Made by a program: the position numbers and the translations under genes. A stretch of 57,028 nt of DNA, the filler included, from Bipalium vagum (lineage: Eukaryota): the NCBI GenBank assembly GCA_037834085.1. It is 3 parts of 3 records of this genome, joined end to end, with 100 filler letters (N's around TTAATTAATTAA, not from the genome) between each part and the next. Parts side by side here need not be neighbours in the genome. Positions count along the whole stretch, not along the records: positions 1 to 19,763 come from JBBMKC010268308.1; positions 19,864 to 37,974 come from JBBMKC010040634.1; 1 more part is not named here. One strand, written 5' to 3'. The notes beneath the pieces were generated by a model. It was not told where the DNA came from. It did no database searches and saw only the letters and a list, made by a program, of their open reading frames with translations. This document shows, piece by piece, positions 13,301 to 24,316 of the stretch (position 1 is the first letter of the stretch; each line of letters opens with the position of its first letter).

Positions 13301-14353
13301 TATCAAGAGTTCCTAAAACCGAAAGAAACAATAACCTTTGAAATCTATTGTTCTCAATTAGAAAAATTTTTACCAAAACTGTTAGAAAAACACCTGGCAT
13401 TAGTGAATAGAAAAAGGTTCTATTTCTTCAAGACAATGCTCGGTCACATGTAGTAAGAAAAAATCTTGACAAAATAACGCAACTTGGGTGGGAGATCATG
13501 TGCCATCCACCATATTCCCCTGATCTCTCGCCTACAGATTTCAACTTATTTCTTAATCTTGATAATCATTTGGAAGGAAAGAAGTTCACAAATGAAATGG
13601 ATTTAAAAATGGAAGTGTCCAATTTCTTCATCAGTAAGAAAAAAGATTTTTATGAAAATGGCATTATCAAGTTGTAAGACCGTTGGGACAAAGTCATACA
13701 ATGTCATGGATCATATTTTGATTAATAAATATATCTAAAATTAAAAATGTTGACTTTTACTCTTTTTTAAAAATCCGCAAGAACTTATTTGGACACCTAA
13801 TATATAATAAAACTATTTTTAATCAAATTTTCTTAATAGTACATCTTTATTTTTTAGTTTTTTCTATTGCTTTTTTTATTTTTATTATTGAAATTTGGTT
13901 ACTAATATCAAATATTTGTGTTCCTTTCAATACTTTTCTGTAGTTAAATTGATGCAAAAATTAATATATTAAAAATAAATATCAAACTTATAACCTTGAG
14001 GATTTAATTTTTCAAAGTTCACAAAGAGCTTTGGTAAATAAACTGTTAGATTTCAATGATAATAATATTTATCAAACCACTTGAACCTGTAAAACTGAAC
14101 AAGTTCTTAAAATTCTCTCTGGATCTGTGTAAGATATTTATTGATAATTCCGATACCCTGTCATATTTATCATAACAAGCTTCAGATTTCAAATGTATTC
14201 CTTCCCAGGTTAGAATTACTTTTCCTTTAAATGTAGCTCGAAAGCAAAACTAAGACAATAAAGTGTCATGAGCTTATCCTCAGAGAGGATGAGTGTTTAA
14301 TAAATTACCCAATTAGAGAGAAGATTTATTTCAGACAATTCCTTAATCCTCAT
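1326..14353 (-). CDS. Predicted divergent Roadblock/LC7-fold (dynein light chain roadblock-like) protein, 97 aa; exons 14353-14309, 14249-14078, 4462-4437, 1376-1326
   Basis: GT-AG exons with consistent phases (0,1,0) give MRIKELSEINLLSNW/FCFRATFKGKVILTWEGIHLKSEACYDKYDRVSELSINILHRSRENFKNLFSFTGSS/GILPMNMVK/QPNAYDIDIPFIMVLN*. By eye it aligns with DYNLRB: GKVILTWEGIHLKS vs GTMVVNAEGIPIRT, and AYDIDIPFIMVLN vs APDKEYLLIVIQN, with similar total length. Minus-strand AATAAA at 1250-1245. The 26-nt exon is the least certain part. Confidence 0.55.
1932..1963 (+). promoter_or_regulatory. TATA box and initiator of the neuropeptide gene
   Basis: TATAAAA at 1932-1938 lies 29 nt upstream of the A in an Inr-like TCAGT (1959-1963). 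The ATG is at 1987, and a candidate ATTAAA poly(A) signal is at 2319-2324. Confidence 0.6.
1987..2264 (+). CDS. Myomodulin-like (MPL / NPP-6-type, AVRLMRLamide) neuropeptide precursor, 77 aa; exons 1987-2029 and 2074-2264
   Basis: Spliced translation MCKFGFVALLILIIG/VSIGMADGDSKNFDEEFDQYDDRDIDNRERQFMKMSKR-ALRLMRMG-KK-AVRLMRLG-KR-KDKF*. Shows a signal peptide, an acidic spacer, dibasic cleavage sites and amidation glycines. The intron is 44 nt (gtaag...tag). AVRLMRLamide is a known flatworm peptide (schistosome NPP-6, planarian MPL family). Confidence 0.93.
4076..4278. mobile_element. pogo/Tigger-type MITE (~203 bp)
   Basis: 23-bp TIRs CAGTCG(T/G)CGCTCAGTTATTTGAA with 1 mismatch, TA on both flanks, and internal repeats of AGTTATTTGAA. 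Confidence 0.88.
4928..5076. other. Assembly gap
   Basis: Run of Ns. Confidence 0.99.
5526..6210 (+). mobile_element. Decayed mariner (Himar/irritans-like), 5' half; continues at 7916
   Basis: MSVKTEHVGVIQ, EFKWGRTTIEDNAPSG, TMYETRIYQHDP; ends at NSEYCLSLLDQL. Confidence 0.75.
6213..6618 (+). mobile_element. Mariner 5' fragment (left TIR plus HTH region), nested
   Basis: TIR TTAGGTTGTTCGGAAATAAATTAGCG; EFKLGNSVADATKNINRAFRDGNVAESSTRWWFAKFRLGKFDL; truncated at VNNDDL. Confidence 0.85.
7201..7692 (+). CDS. Intronless permuted papain-fold (PPPDE/LRAT-like NlpC/P60) cysteine peptidase or acyltransferase, 163 aa
   Basis: Intact ORF with the catalytic His in HTFIIFET preceding the Cys in YDLLYHNNCQGFA (permuted His-then-Cys order). 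The N-terminus MGSISS fits N-myristoylation. TATATAA at about 7144-7150 and AATAAA signals downstream (about 7697 and 7776). Confidence 0.8.
   Translation: MGSISSSSGSGSWMGSWSGTLYFVEDPYSYRSVKMEDMEDQLDMSETITEMWLYEELMSYSIFLIGVACHTFIIFETENWYWSIEKVSDGIYIHRSKNFWDLIKKFNGKSRKLSIKQSNCRTIYVTLNDLVNYISRKELCIKYDLLYHNNCQGFAHRLFQYLK
7916..8250 (+). mobile_element. 3' half of the mariner starting at 5526
   Basis: Resumes with NVVIREGSLGLQKKK, then AQIKKLNY...SDFASSDFYRFRILKQF (YSPDLAPSDF region). Confidence 0.7.
8265..8500 (-). mobile_element. Mariner 3' fragment
   Basis: Minus strand LHGRRFE*FKDIKQNVQKDLK...CVEISREYFGDD; TIR-like TCAAATAAGTACCGGGAATT. Confidence 0.65.
9415..10440 (+). mobile_element. Decayed mariner
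   Basis: MNIDRIDLRHVMLYEF, IFHHDKVRPH, HPTHSPDIAPIDFYLFRSL; right TIR-like CGGACTCGAACTTTTGCAATGACTTAA. Confidence 0.9.
11420..12500 (+). mobile_element. Decayed Tc1-like (DD34E) element with an internal tandem duplication
   Basis: VLWTEESKF, VQTIKH..SFIVWDCF, EWTPQSPDLNPTELLWEELDRNVR; right end ...CTGTCAGTAGTG. Confidence 0.85.
12586..13800 (+). mobile_element. Near full-length mariner with both TIRs; best preserved copy but non-functional
   Basis: TIRs GTGTCCAAATAAGTTCTTGC(C/G)GATTTT; ATG at 12756; WVPRDL, CVWWT, LQDNARSH, HPPYSPDLSPTDF. Has a deletion after WFEK and a frameshift near 13415. Confidence 0.95.
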
Positions 14354-14939
14354 AGATCGAATCGTTTCAGAAAAGCAATTTTTAGATTTTTCGGGAAAAT
14401 TTTACTGATATTTGCATATTTTTAATTTGACTTGCTTCATCATTTTTTTTTGTTTAAATTATAATTTAAATAATTTCAAAGGGAAATTATAAACATTTTA
14501 ATCGGCTGAAAAATCAGCTCATTTTATTACGGAACACAATTTTTGATTTTCATTAAATATGTTTAATATTAATAAACTTTCTTGTCGAATATATTTCTTT
14601 GATTTTAAGATTTGTATAATGAATTTTATATTTTCGTGAATTTGCAATTTATTATTTCATGCTCAATTATAAACATTACTACTTCTTATTACTTAATTGT
14701 AAATAATGATTTAATTAGTGACAGGGTTAGTGCGGATAATATAAAAAATAAAACTGCAATTATAGTATTAAAACTCTTACTAGAGGCAAAAATGTTTTCT
14801 AATTCTTTTATTTTATTTATATTTAGTATAAAAGCTTAATAAGCTGAAAAATGAATTATTTATTTATCATTTTTTTATTATTTTTTTTTATTTTTTCTAT
14901 TATTTTTATTTTTACTATTTTTATCATTAATAATATTTC

Positions 14940-14953
14940 TTATTATTTTTTTA

Positions 14954-14989
<36 letters not shown>

Positions 14990-15090
14990 TATTAATTTAT
15001 TTTTTGTATTTTATTATTATTATTATTATTAACTGTGGTAGTACTGGTAGTTATTATAATAATTATAATTATTATTATCGTTATAACTAA
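14940..15090. repeat. (TAT)n microsatellite and low-complexity tract
   Basis: Visible TAT reiteration. Confidence 0.85.
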
Positions 15091-15467
15091 ATAAGTTATG
15101 GTATTATTTTTTTCTTTTCATTATTATATTTTTGTTATTATTTTGAATAACGCTTTTTCAATCGTATTTCGTTCTAAGATAGGAAAACGAGAAAGCTTTA
15201 AATAGGTTTACAGTGAATATAAATAAAGCAAATTTTATTTTAAAAATATATTTTATCATTAAATGGAGAAAAAACAAGTTTCTTAATTTAAATATTTATT
15301 TTATTATTTTTGAAAATATTTTTCAAATTTTCTAATTTGCTAAAAAATTTTCGCTGTTGTGTGAAGATTTTTTTTTTAATTGAAATGAAAAATAGATAAA
15401 ATTACATTTCTGGTCATATTTTTGATTCAGATATTGTTACATTTAATGTTTTAATTTATCTTTTTTC

Positions 15468-18400
15468 ATGAAAATAATAATGTCATTTTGTCATTTTAGT
15501 TTATCTCTTGTGTATTCTGCTGTTTTTGGCCCACAGTGACAGCCAGTGTAAGTTCAATGCTTGTATTTCTGATGAATTATTTTTTAGTGGATTATGAATC
15601 CCAAGCCGACCCTAATAAGGGTACAAATGTAGATTCGTTCAAAGTAAATGAATGGCAGAGATATTTAAATTTCCATAAAAAGAACATGAAGAACATTCTA
15701 AAAGATTTAAAGAAAAATAGGAAAAAGAAGATCTCCAGATCATCTAAAGGTATGATTAAAATAAATTATATAATAAAATATTGTACGGATGTTACATGAA
15801 GATCAAAGATTTTTGTTTTGAATCTTGATCCTACCATGATGAACATAAAAAGATAAACATAATTTATTTTTCTCTTAAATCTTTTTTCATAATATTTTTT
15901 AAACATTTCACTAAGATAAAATACCAAAGACCTAATTTCATAACGTCTTTTTATGGAAATTATATATACGTATTAATGGACGAAATCAATATCTCTCATG
16001 AAGAGCAACGTATATCGTTGATGTATGATTTCAAATCGAGCCTAACTGCTGGTCAGTCACAACGACGCATCAATGAAGTCTTTGGATACTACGTTTTCGC
16101 TGGACCTTATATAATTGCTTTAGAAAGCTCAGTAGTGAAATTTATATCTAAAATCATCCAAAAGATGGTCGACCGCCAGTTATTGGCAAAGAGTTGTATC
16201 GAAGTAGATCCACATATAATATGACTTGCGCTTTCTAAAACTTTTAGTGTCAATTACCCCGCTTGCTTATGTCATTTGAAGTAGGTCAAAAAAATTGATT
16301 TCAAGCGGACTGACAGACTTCGACCGTATGGATGCATGCATAACATTATTGTCTAAAAAATTTCGTTATGATTAGCTTAGCAAAGTAGTCACCACAGATG
16401 AAGAATGATGTATTTTCTAAGATGGCAGAAGCAGCTGGCTAAACAATTCAAAGAAAAATAATGGTTTGTGTTTACTGTTATATAAAAGATATAATTCACT
16501 GAGAAATGCTGGGACACAATCAAACTGCCAATACTGGATGATATTACCAACTATTGCAGGGAGTAGCATATGGAATTTCAAAAAAACGATCAGAATTAAA
16601 TAATCCATTGTAAAAAAATCAACACTTTATTTATGAAACTCTTTTCTGTCATCTTATTTCTAATTTTTGACTTGCATCATTTATTTATTTTCTTCTTAAC
16701 TACCATCAACATTTTTATTGCTTTTGGATTGATTTTGATCTTGTTTTTCGACAGTCATTGGCTTGTTTCATTGGCGTTGGTAATCTTCGCCATTCAACAG
16801 CAGAAGAGAGTTGCGCTTAACAGTAAAAACTTAACCCTTCTTCGGCTGCGCAAATCTTCGGCATAGGAAACTTACCCAACTTGCCAAACAAACAGACAAA
16901 ATCCAAAAAGACAGCATAAAAATATCTTATCTGAGTCTAGAAAGTGCAATTCCCAACTCGCCTCACACATCACTCATTCGACTATACCGAGAAAGAAAAC
17001 CCATGTCCTACGTCAAAAATATATCACAGATTTTAGAAAAAAAAAGAAAGAACCTTATTAATTGCTTCTCGGAATAATCGGTGGGTATTTGAGTATGTAT
17101 ATGGTTTTCAGGAATTGCCCTTTCAGAAAAATCATTTATACATTACCCAACACCATAAAAATACATACAAAAACCCTGCCTCTTCATTATCTTTTCAACC
17201 TAATACTAGTGAGCATTAGTATATCAGGTTAATTTGAAGATAAGGAGCAGGGATAAATATTCCAACCAACAAGTATATCGTTCAATATGACGTGAGCAGC
17301 GGATATTGGATTGTATCCTTGTTGTTGGTTGTAGAGAAATTATATTTATCATTTTTGTTCTTGTCCCACTATATATAAAATACAATAACAATTAATTCTA
17401 CTAATAATTTATTATTAATAACAAAACATTTATTCAATCACCAAATCTTAATTAGATTGCTGATATTGTAATTCATTGACTAGCTTTAAAATACGTGGTT
17501 GTGTTTGTGTTAATGCCAACATCATTTCTGCATTAACATTAAGTCGGTTTCTTGCTTTGCTTTTCAATTACAGAAGTGTTGAAAATCCACTTTCACATAG
17601 ATTTGTTGAAGCAAAGGGAATAAAATTCTAAACGCAATCATTGTGACTTTTTGATATGAGTGATACATAGCACACCAGAACTGAGTTAGCAGATTTTCGT
17701 CATATAAGTGGCGAGCCGTAGAATCGTTCCGAAAGTTCAGGAATATTGGATATATCAATGGAATCAGAAAATGAATATCGTACTAGTAAAGCTTCTTCCT
17801 TAGTCAACTCAGGGAAATAATACACAAGATCATTTTCAAGAGATTGAAGGTGTTTTGTGATTTCTTTTTTTAAATGGACATTGGTTTCGCATTTAAATTC
17901 TTCTATTAAACTGGATATTTTTTCAATCATTACCATGTTTCCTGTATCCATTTTACTTTGCCAGTTTTGCAGTTTGACTATGAAGGCGACTCAGCTTGGG
18001 AAACCCTGGTTTATACTAATATTTATATTGTACAAAAATTTCAATTTGTTTATTTATATAAATTTTATGCGGCGCATTCCTCAAAATGCAAAATCAAAAT
18101 GAACAATTTAGACATTGCAATTTATTAATTTTAAAAAAAGCCAAGCAGCTGCAGACACACAGCGAAAACTATGAAGAGTCTACAGCAAACATGAAAAACA
18201 GAAAGAAGATTTGATTTATCAAATTTCGTTCTGGAAATTTCTCGATTTGATACATCACGTTTTGGTACGCAGTTCAACGTAAAAAGACCAATTAAAGAAT
18301 ATTATCAAGAATGAAAGGCATATTACCGTTCGTGAGATCGCCAAGAAATTTGGTTTCTCGAAAACAGCTATTGATGATCATTTAGAAAATCTTGTACATT

Positions 18401-20096
18401 TTAAATGCTTGATATTTTGGTCCCACAAAACTGGATGAAATTCAGATAACTCCTCATATCAATATTTGTGACATGCTCCTCTAGTGAAATTAAAGCAATC
18501 CAGTTTCGAAAAACTTGATAACGGGTGGCGAAAAATGGATTGTATACAATAATTCCCAACGCAAAAGATAATTAGCAAATGACAGTCTGGATTTCACATA
18601 GTTACTTCACAATTATTACTATCTGTTTCTCTCGTTACAAAATTCTTTGGATGGGAAAACATTTGCCTCCGATGACATCATAAAATCTTACCTGGACGAT
18701 TTCTTTGCTGGAAATGATAAAAAATTTTGTAGAGATAGAATAATGAAACTCATTATTGAACAAAATGGTTAATATTAAATATAATAAAATTGTGGCTTCG
18801 TACATATTTTTTACTTTTTATGTTATAATAATAACCGAAAAGACTTCCGGACAACCTAATATTTACAATTCCTGTTGAATGGAACACAGTATACATTATT
18901 TTCTTCACGTAAATATCAACTTTTGACTCTTATTAAATCACCTTCAAGAACCTATACTTTGACCTCACGTAATGACAAATTCTCAAAAAAATATACCTAA
19001 GTCTTATCATCCGACACCCAATTATTCATGTAAAAGATTTAGGATTTGCTCTCCAGAGATTTTTAGCACTTCTGCCATTTGATTTATAGTGATCCGGGGA
19101 TCTTTATTGATCGGATTTTGAATAACATCCATATTTTCATCATCAATCATATCTGATTCGAGAGTGAAAGGTCGTCAAAGTATGTTTTGAACTTCGAAAC
19201 TTAAGGTACCAACTAGTAACGTTTCAGTTGTCCACAGGATTTCGTCCCAAAACATAATTAATTTTATTAGCGATGTATGTTGCAGACATTTCATTTTTAA
19301 AAAATTATGCAATCAATACTCGGAATTCTTCAAAATTAAATACAATATTTTTTTCAGTCATTATTGTTAGTAACGTTGATATTATTAGACAAGTCTTCAA
19401 CATCCATTTTCAAATATATATATTTGTGTATCACAAAACTATTTAAACTTTTAAAGTATTTCTTCATCTTTTCGATGTTTCTGATTATTTTCTTTCGATT
19501 CGAGTCTGTCATCTCGTAGCATCTGTCGTGGATCATCTTTTTGATTTCGTAAGGTCCCTCGTATCGATCTTGATCTTTGGTTCGACCTTCTTTCCTAACC
19601 ATGACCCTTTCTCCGATCGTAAACTCCCTTCTGGTTTTCGGGCTACTCACCTCTTTTGATTCTTGTCTGATTTTCTCAATGGCCTCCTCTCTAGCTATTT
19701 GATTCCCACTGAACCATCTTTCTCGATTTATTTTCCGACCTAAAATTAATTCCGCTGGACTCANNNNNNNNNNNNNNNNNNNNNNNNNNNNNNNNNNNNN
19801 NNNNNNNTTAATTAATTAANNNNNNNNNNNNNNNNNNNNNNNNNNNNNNNNNNNNNNNNNNNNTTATACACTGATAAAAATAATGGTTTTTCTCTTTTCC
19901 AATTTCTTATTTCTAATTATCTTGTGATATTTTGATAAAAATAAATTGAATGTCTTAAAAGAAATTTGACTCTTAGATAATAATCTTTTAAATAAAATAT
20001 TCAATTGAGAAATTTATCAGACATTAAGTTTCTTTTTCTATCTTAGAAGGAGAAATTATGAAGAACTCGTCTCTTCTTGATTTTTTTCAAACATAA
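15468..20096 (+). CDS. Predicted orphan secreted protein (~96 aa); exons 15468-15547, 15588-15749, 20047-20096
   Basis: Phase-1 GT-AG introns (40 nt and 4.3 kb) join ...FVILVYLLCILLFLAHSDSQ/LDYESQADPNKGTNVDSFKVNEWQRYLNFHKKNMKNILKDLKKNRKKKISRSSK/EGEIMKNSSLLDFFQT*. Strong pyrimidine acceptor at 20046 and AATAAA at 20111. ATG 15468 is in frame only if one T is removed from the run at 15486-15489; otherwise an unseen upstream exon splices to the AG at 15498-15499. Confidence 0.5.
15976..16600 (+). mobile_element. Heavily decayed mariner
   Basis: QRISLMYDFKSSLTAGQSQRRINEVFG; VVTTDEE. Confidence 0.7.
17450..17990 (-). mobile_element. hAT (Charlie/Buster, ZBED-like) transposase C-terminal fragment
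   Basis: EITKHLQSLENDLVYYFP, FWCAMYHSY, NLCESGFSTLL, KARNRLNVNAEMMLAL (hATC dimerisation domain). Confidence 0.85.
18085..18859 (+). mobile_element. Internally deleted mariner
   Basis: MQNQNEQFRH, LITGGEKWIVYNN, YYLFLSLQNSLDGKTF; right TIR AAAGACTTCCGGACAACCTAA followed by TA. Confidence 0.85.
18870..19330 (-). mobile_element. Mariner 5' fragment (HTH region)
   Basis: IDDENMDVIQNPINKDPRITINQMAEVLKIS..ILNLLHE*LG. Confidence 0.6.
19450..19763 (-). mobile_element. Ty3/Gypsy LTR retrotransposon integrase C-terminus (GPY/F)
   Basis: Open frame SPAELILGRKI...FTIGERVMVRK...RYEGPYEIKK; runs into the assembly gap. Confidence 0.85.
19764..19863. other. Assembly gap with artificial six-frame-stop linker
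   Basis: 44 N + TTAATTAATTAA (19808-19819) + 44 N. Confidence 0.97.
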
Positions 20097-20329
20097 ATAT
20101 TCTCTTTTTCAATAAAACTCACCATTGAAAAATTAAAACTGAACCAATAAAATTACGAAATACTTTTAATCAAACGGTATGAAATAAATAAAATTATATA
20201 AATTATATTACAATATATTGTAGATATGTCAATAGCGAGTCATGTCATCAAGTCTTACAACACAATATTGGATTCTTCTTGGTATACCATTAATTAAAAT
20301 TTTTTTTCCTCTACATAGATCGTTTTATA

Positions 20330-21080
20330 TTTTTTTTAACCGATTTTTTAATTCATTTAATGTTTAAGGTGTACTAAAAGAAAACATAGCTGATGGGTTA
20401 GGGTTATGATATGCTGGCATGATATCCAATACATGTTCAATAGGAGATAAATTTGGTGAATATGCTGATCAAATTTTTTTTCCACTCCTGATTCTTTCAA
20501 GAACTTTAGTGTTATACTGACAATATACTGAAAAAACCACATCTAAGAATTATTCGTATAAATGGAAGTAATACTGTTGAAGACCATTAAATAAATAGCA
20601 TTCAAATTGTCTCTGATAAATACAGGGAATGACCGAAATCCAAAGCATATGGGACTCATACTATAATTCTAGGTATAAATTACTCTGGAAATTAAGCAAA
20701 AATTTTGTCCTTCGCCACAGTAACACCTCACACTCAAGCGTTCTTGATTTATCTCTAAACATGATGCAATTTCAGTCATTAATCCAATGTTATCTTTATT
20801 GACACCAGATAAACATTGCGACTTTATGCTGTGATATCAATAGTAAAATTCACTTTGTGCGGTATGAACGCAATCAAATACTACACAATCTTTGATATGT
20901 ATTGCGGAGGAGCACAATTGTTTTGAGATTCATTCTAAATTTTTTTCATTTTTTCGTTGGGAAACTGTCTTTAACAAGTAGAAGATGGTGTCTATCTTTA
21001 GATTAATTGGTACTTCGGTGTTGTTCACTACCACATTGATGATGCCATAAGCCTTTCTTACATCATGCATTCCATGTCCT
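20330..21080 (-). mobile_element. Very decayed Tc1-like element
   Basis: AYSPNLSPIEHVLDIM motif, with weaker remnants upstream. Confidence 0.55.
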
Positions 21081-22159
21081 TAAAATTATTTCTATTCAAA
21101 CGTCTATCAATTTTTATGAAAGTTATGCCACCTTCATGAAATCATTTTATTCATCTCTTTCAATATCCGATAGTTGAATGAAATATTGTATTTCTCTTAC
21201 TCTAGTCATATCGCTAAATGTAATATGGGCAATTTTTAATAATTCATGACTAATCTACTGATCAATTTAAATGATGCGTACACAAAAATACGGATATCCG
21301 ATGAAATTAGATTGATTAAACTTTGGATACGATAATGCCCATGTAATTCATTAAAATAATATAATTAATTTATAACATGTTTTCAATATAAAATATTTAT
21401 GAATCTTTTAAAGACAAAAGATATTTTTTGTTATTATTTTTATCAAAACCAAAGGAAAAAAGTTGAAATTAAAAATAAATAACTTTTTAACTTAAAAAAT
21501 CATTTAACGATTTTCCAAAGCAGAAATTTTTAATAAAATGAAGTTTATATGACTTAATTTAAATTAAAAATTATTTATAAACTATTTATGATTATACAGT
21601 TAATTTTATAATATTGCATAGAGAATTCTTTTCATAAACATTATATAGTAATAATTAATTCTGTTCCAGTTAACAAAAAATATCAGAAAGGAAATCGGAA
21701 ATTTGTAGTCTTTTTCTTCTTCGTGATTTTAAGTCGAACGGTAATTATTTTGGAAATAATTCTATGGAGAAACTCCTTTCTCATATTGTTCTAGATTCAA
21801 GCAAATTTCTTTCTGAGCAATATTTTCAAAATATAATAATGAAAAATTGAACAATCATTTTAACTTCAGTGATAATAATAAAATCGTTTTAACGAACATC
21901 CATCGGATCATTTTGATAACTTTCATTAGAATAACAACATTTTTGAGGGTGGAGACCCATTTGTATTATATTTATATCATATTTCTTGAGCATGAATTCA
22001 CTTTTGCAAGGAATAAATTTATGTGAATTTCTCTGCAAATTTGATTAAAGAAATTTGAATTGATAAATTTTCACTTTATTAACGTTCAACATCCGATCTA
22101 TGATTATATAGGACACTATTTGATATATTGTAATTATTATGTGGTCCTTTTTATTAATA

Positions 22160-22946
22160 CAGTTACGTATGACAACTAAAAATCCAAACAACATAAAAAA
22201 GTCAAAATTGTTGTATTTTACATTTAAAACAAGAGGAACATAATTATAGTAAATAGATGAAGGTTAGAGGTATTTGAATAATCAATTCTGATTTTCTATA
22301 AAGCCAAAGTCGGATAGAATTCAGTCTTCTCTTGGTACTGTCCACCATAACCAAATCAATCTTATTATTAGTGCAACGTGAAATCTTTGCCTTTAGCTGT
22401 AGTAATTATTTCGCCATCGTATACTTTGTCTTTTAAAATCTTCCAGAGATCTAAAATTAGGCGATATTCAGGAACTACAGGAGGATTATTGTTCTTTCCA
22501 ACAAAATTTAATTTATGTTCTCTCATGAAGGATACTGTAGCTCTTGCATAATGTGCCCTAGCAAGGTCTGGCCAGAATATGTAATCCTCATTTTTGTGTT
22601 GTTGATTAATGAAAGTAAACAATCGTCGGCGTAAACATTGATTTATATAGATTTCCGAGTTGATTGTGTTATTGGTAGTAACACCTTAAACATTTGACAT
22701 GGATATTCAAACAAACAGTTTTAGTTCAAATTTCATTTTTAAAAAAATATACTTTACACTAGGAGGTGTTTCGTTTAGATCATCTGAATAAAATACACAA
22801 TTTTTTTATTGGTTAAAGAAAAATATGACTCATCGTCGAGGATTCGATTCAAGTTATTGAAATTTCTATAAAAAATAATTGCACTCTAAAACTGACCTTA
22901 TAATTTATTTATAAATTTGTCCGCATTTTTAGTTGTCATACGTTAT
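22160..22946 (-). mobile_element. Internally deleted IS630-Tc1-mariner DD37E (TRT/ITmD37E-type) element
   Basis: TIRs ACGTATGACAACTAAAAAT (22165-22183 and 22925-22943). In FWPDLARAHYA...NPPVVPEYRLILDLW, 37 residues separate the D from the mutated E position. Confidence 0.8.
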
Positions 22947-23694
22947 ATTTATATCATTCATATTATTTATTATATTTTTTATTCATATTATTTATATTAT
23001 TTATTTATATTTATATTATATTAATAATTAAAATAATTATAATCAAGATTTTAAAAACAATATATTAGAGATGCACGACTCTAAAGTCGTACAATGGGGA
23101 AAAGCCTCGATACTCAAGCCTACGTAATATAATGAAATAAATTTATAGGTGAAAGTGAAATAGGGTAAAGAATAACAAAAAATACATTTCTCCAGATACA
23201 AATTCATTAAACATATTCTATTTCTACGCTTCTTTCTTTTCTGGCTATCTTAAAAACTAATTTTTCCATTTTCATTAGTATAATGTTAATATTCAAATAA
23301 TTAATATAATAATAATAATCATTTTCACCATTATTGTTGTACTCTAAAGTTAATTGGAGTATTTTTATTTTAAAAGTATGTTTCCTGAAATACGATATAT
23401 GTCCTTTTCCTATCCACCTAATTTTTCAACTTGGACTTTATTATTTTACTTATTAAAAGTTAAAATTATTATTTTATAACAATGTTATTATACAATTTAT
23501 AATTTTCTGTCTTTCAGAATTTTCATTAAATCCATGATTTGAAATGCTATAACAAGTTATAATCCCTAAAATAGTCTATTTAATTTTTTCAAATAATAAA
23601 TTTAATGTTAATATAATTATTTGTAAACTTAATAAGCTGAATTTGATACAAATAAATTATTAATAAAAATTATTTTAATTTTTCTAATTACATA

Positions 23695-24316
23695 CCGTAG
23701 ATACTCGAATATAAGTCGACCTCGTGTATAAGTCGAGGGAAAAAAATGGGAAATTCTGTGAAAAACCGTATGACTCTTATATAAGTCGAGGTAAAAATAT
23801 ATGTCTGGGTAGTTTCCTCTTTCAGACATTTGGAAAATAACATAAAATAACAAGGAACAAATGTCAATCTTTTGATTCTTTATTGCAAAATATTCGTTGT
23901 GAGATAAATTGAAAGTTAGTCGGGGTTTGTAGCTAATATTTATATTTCTTTATTTACAAACATGGCATCATTGGTAAAATTTATTCAAACCACAAAATTC
24001 GAAATCCGAGTCTGATTGAAGAAGTTGCAATGCCTGCTCATTAGTCAAATGGTCTGAATAGAAGTCGTCATCATGAACACGTGACACATTACATAAATAC
24101 AGCCATTACATTGGTTAAAACTGCTTAACTAACCGAATTATCGCCCATCATCTCTCGATCAATATCACGGGCGAACGGTGCACCAGCCTGGCTAAAATTC
24201 GTCGCTCGGCCCAGCAAAAATGTCCGTTTTTTGCTATGACTCTTATATAAGTCGACTACATTTTTTTCATTAAATTTTATAGAGAAAAACCTTGACTTAT
24301 ATTCGAGTATTTACGA
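23695..24316. mobile_element. Non-autonomous pogo/Tc2-type element (MITE, ~620 bp)
   Basis: TIRs CCGTAGATACTCGAATATAAGTC and GACTTATATTCGAGTATTTACGA, TA flanks, subterminal TATAAGTCGA repeats. Confidence 0.85.

Noticed and set aside
14851-15090. 79-aa hydrophobic poly-Tyr ORF
   Set aside because: Product of the (TAT)n microsatellite and AT-rich low complexity.
19808-19819. TTAATTAATTAA between N-runs (also at 38019-38030)
   Set aside because: Artificial scaffolding linker in a 100-bp gap, not biological.
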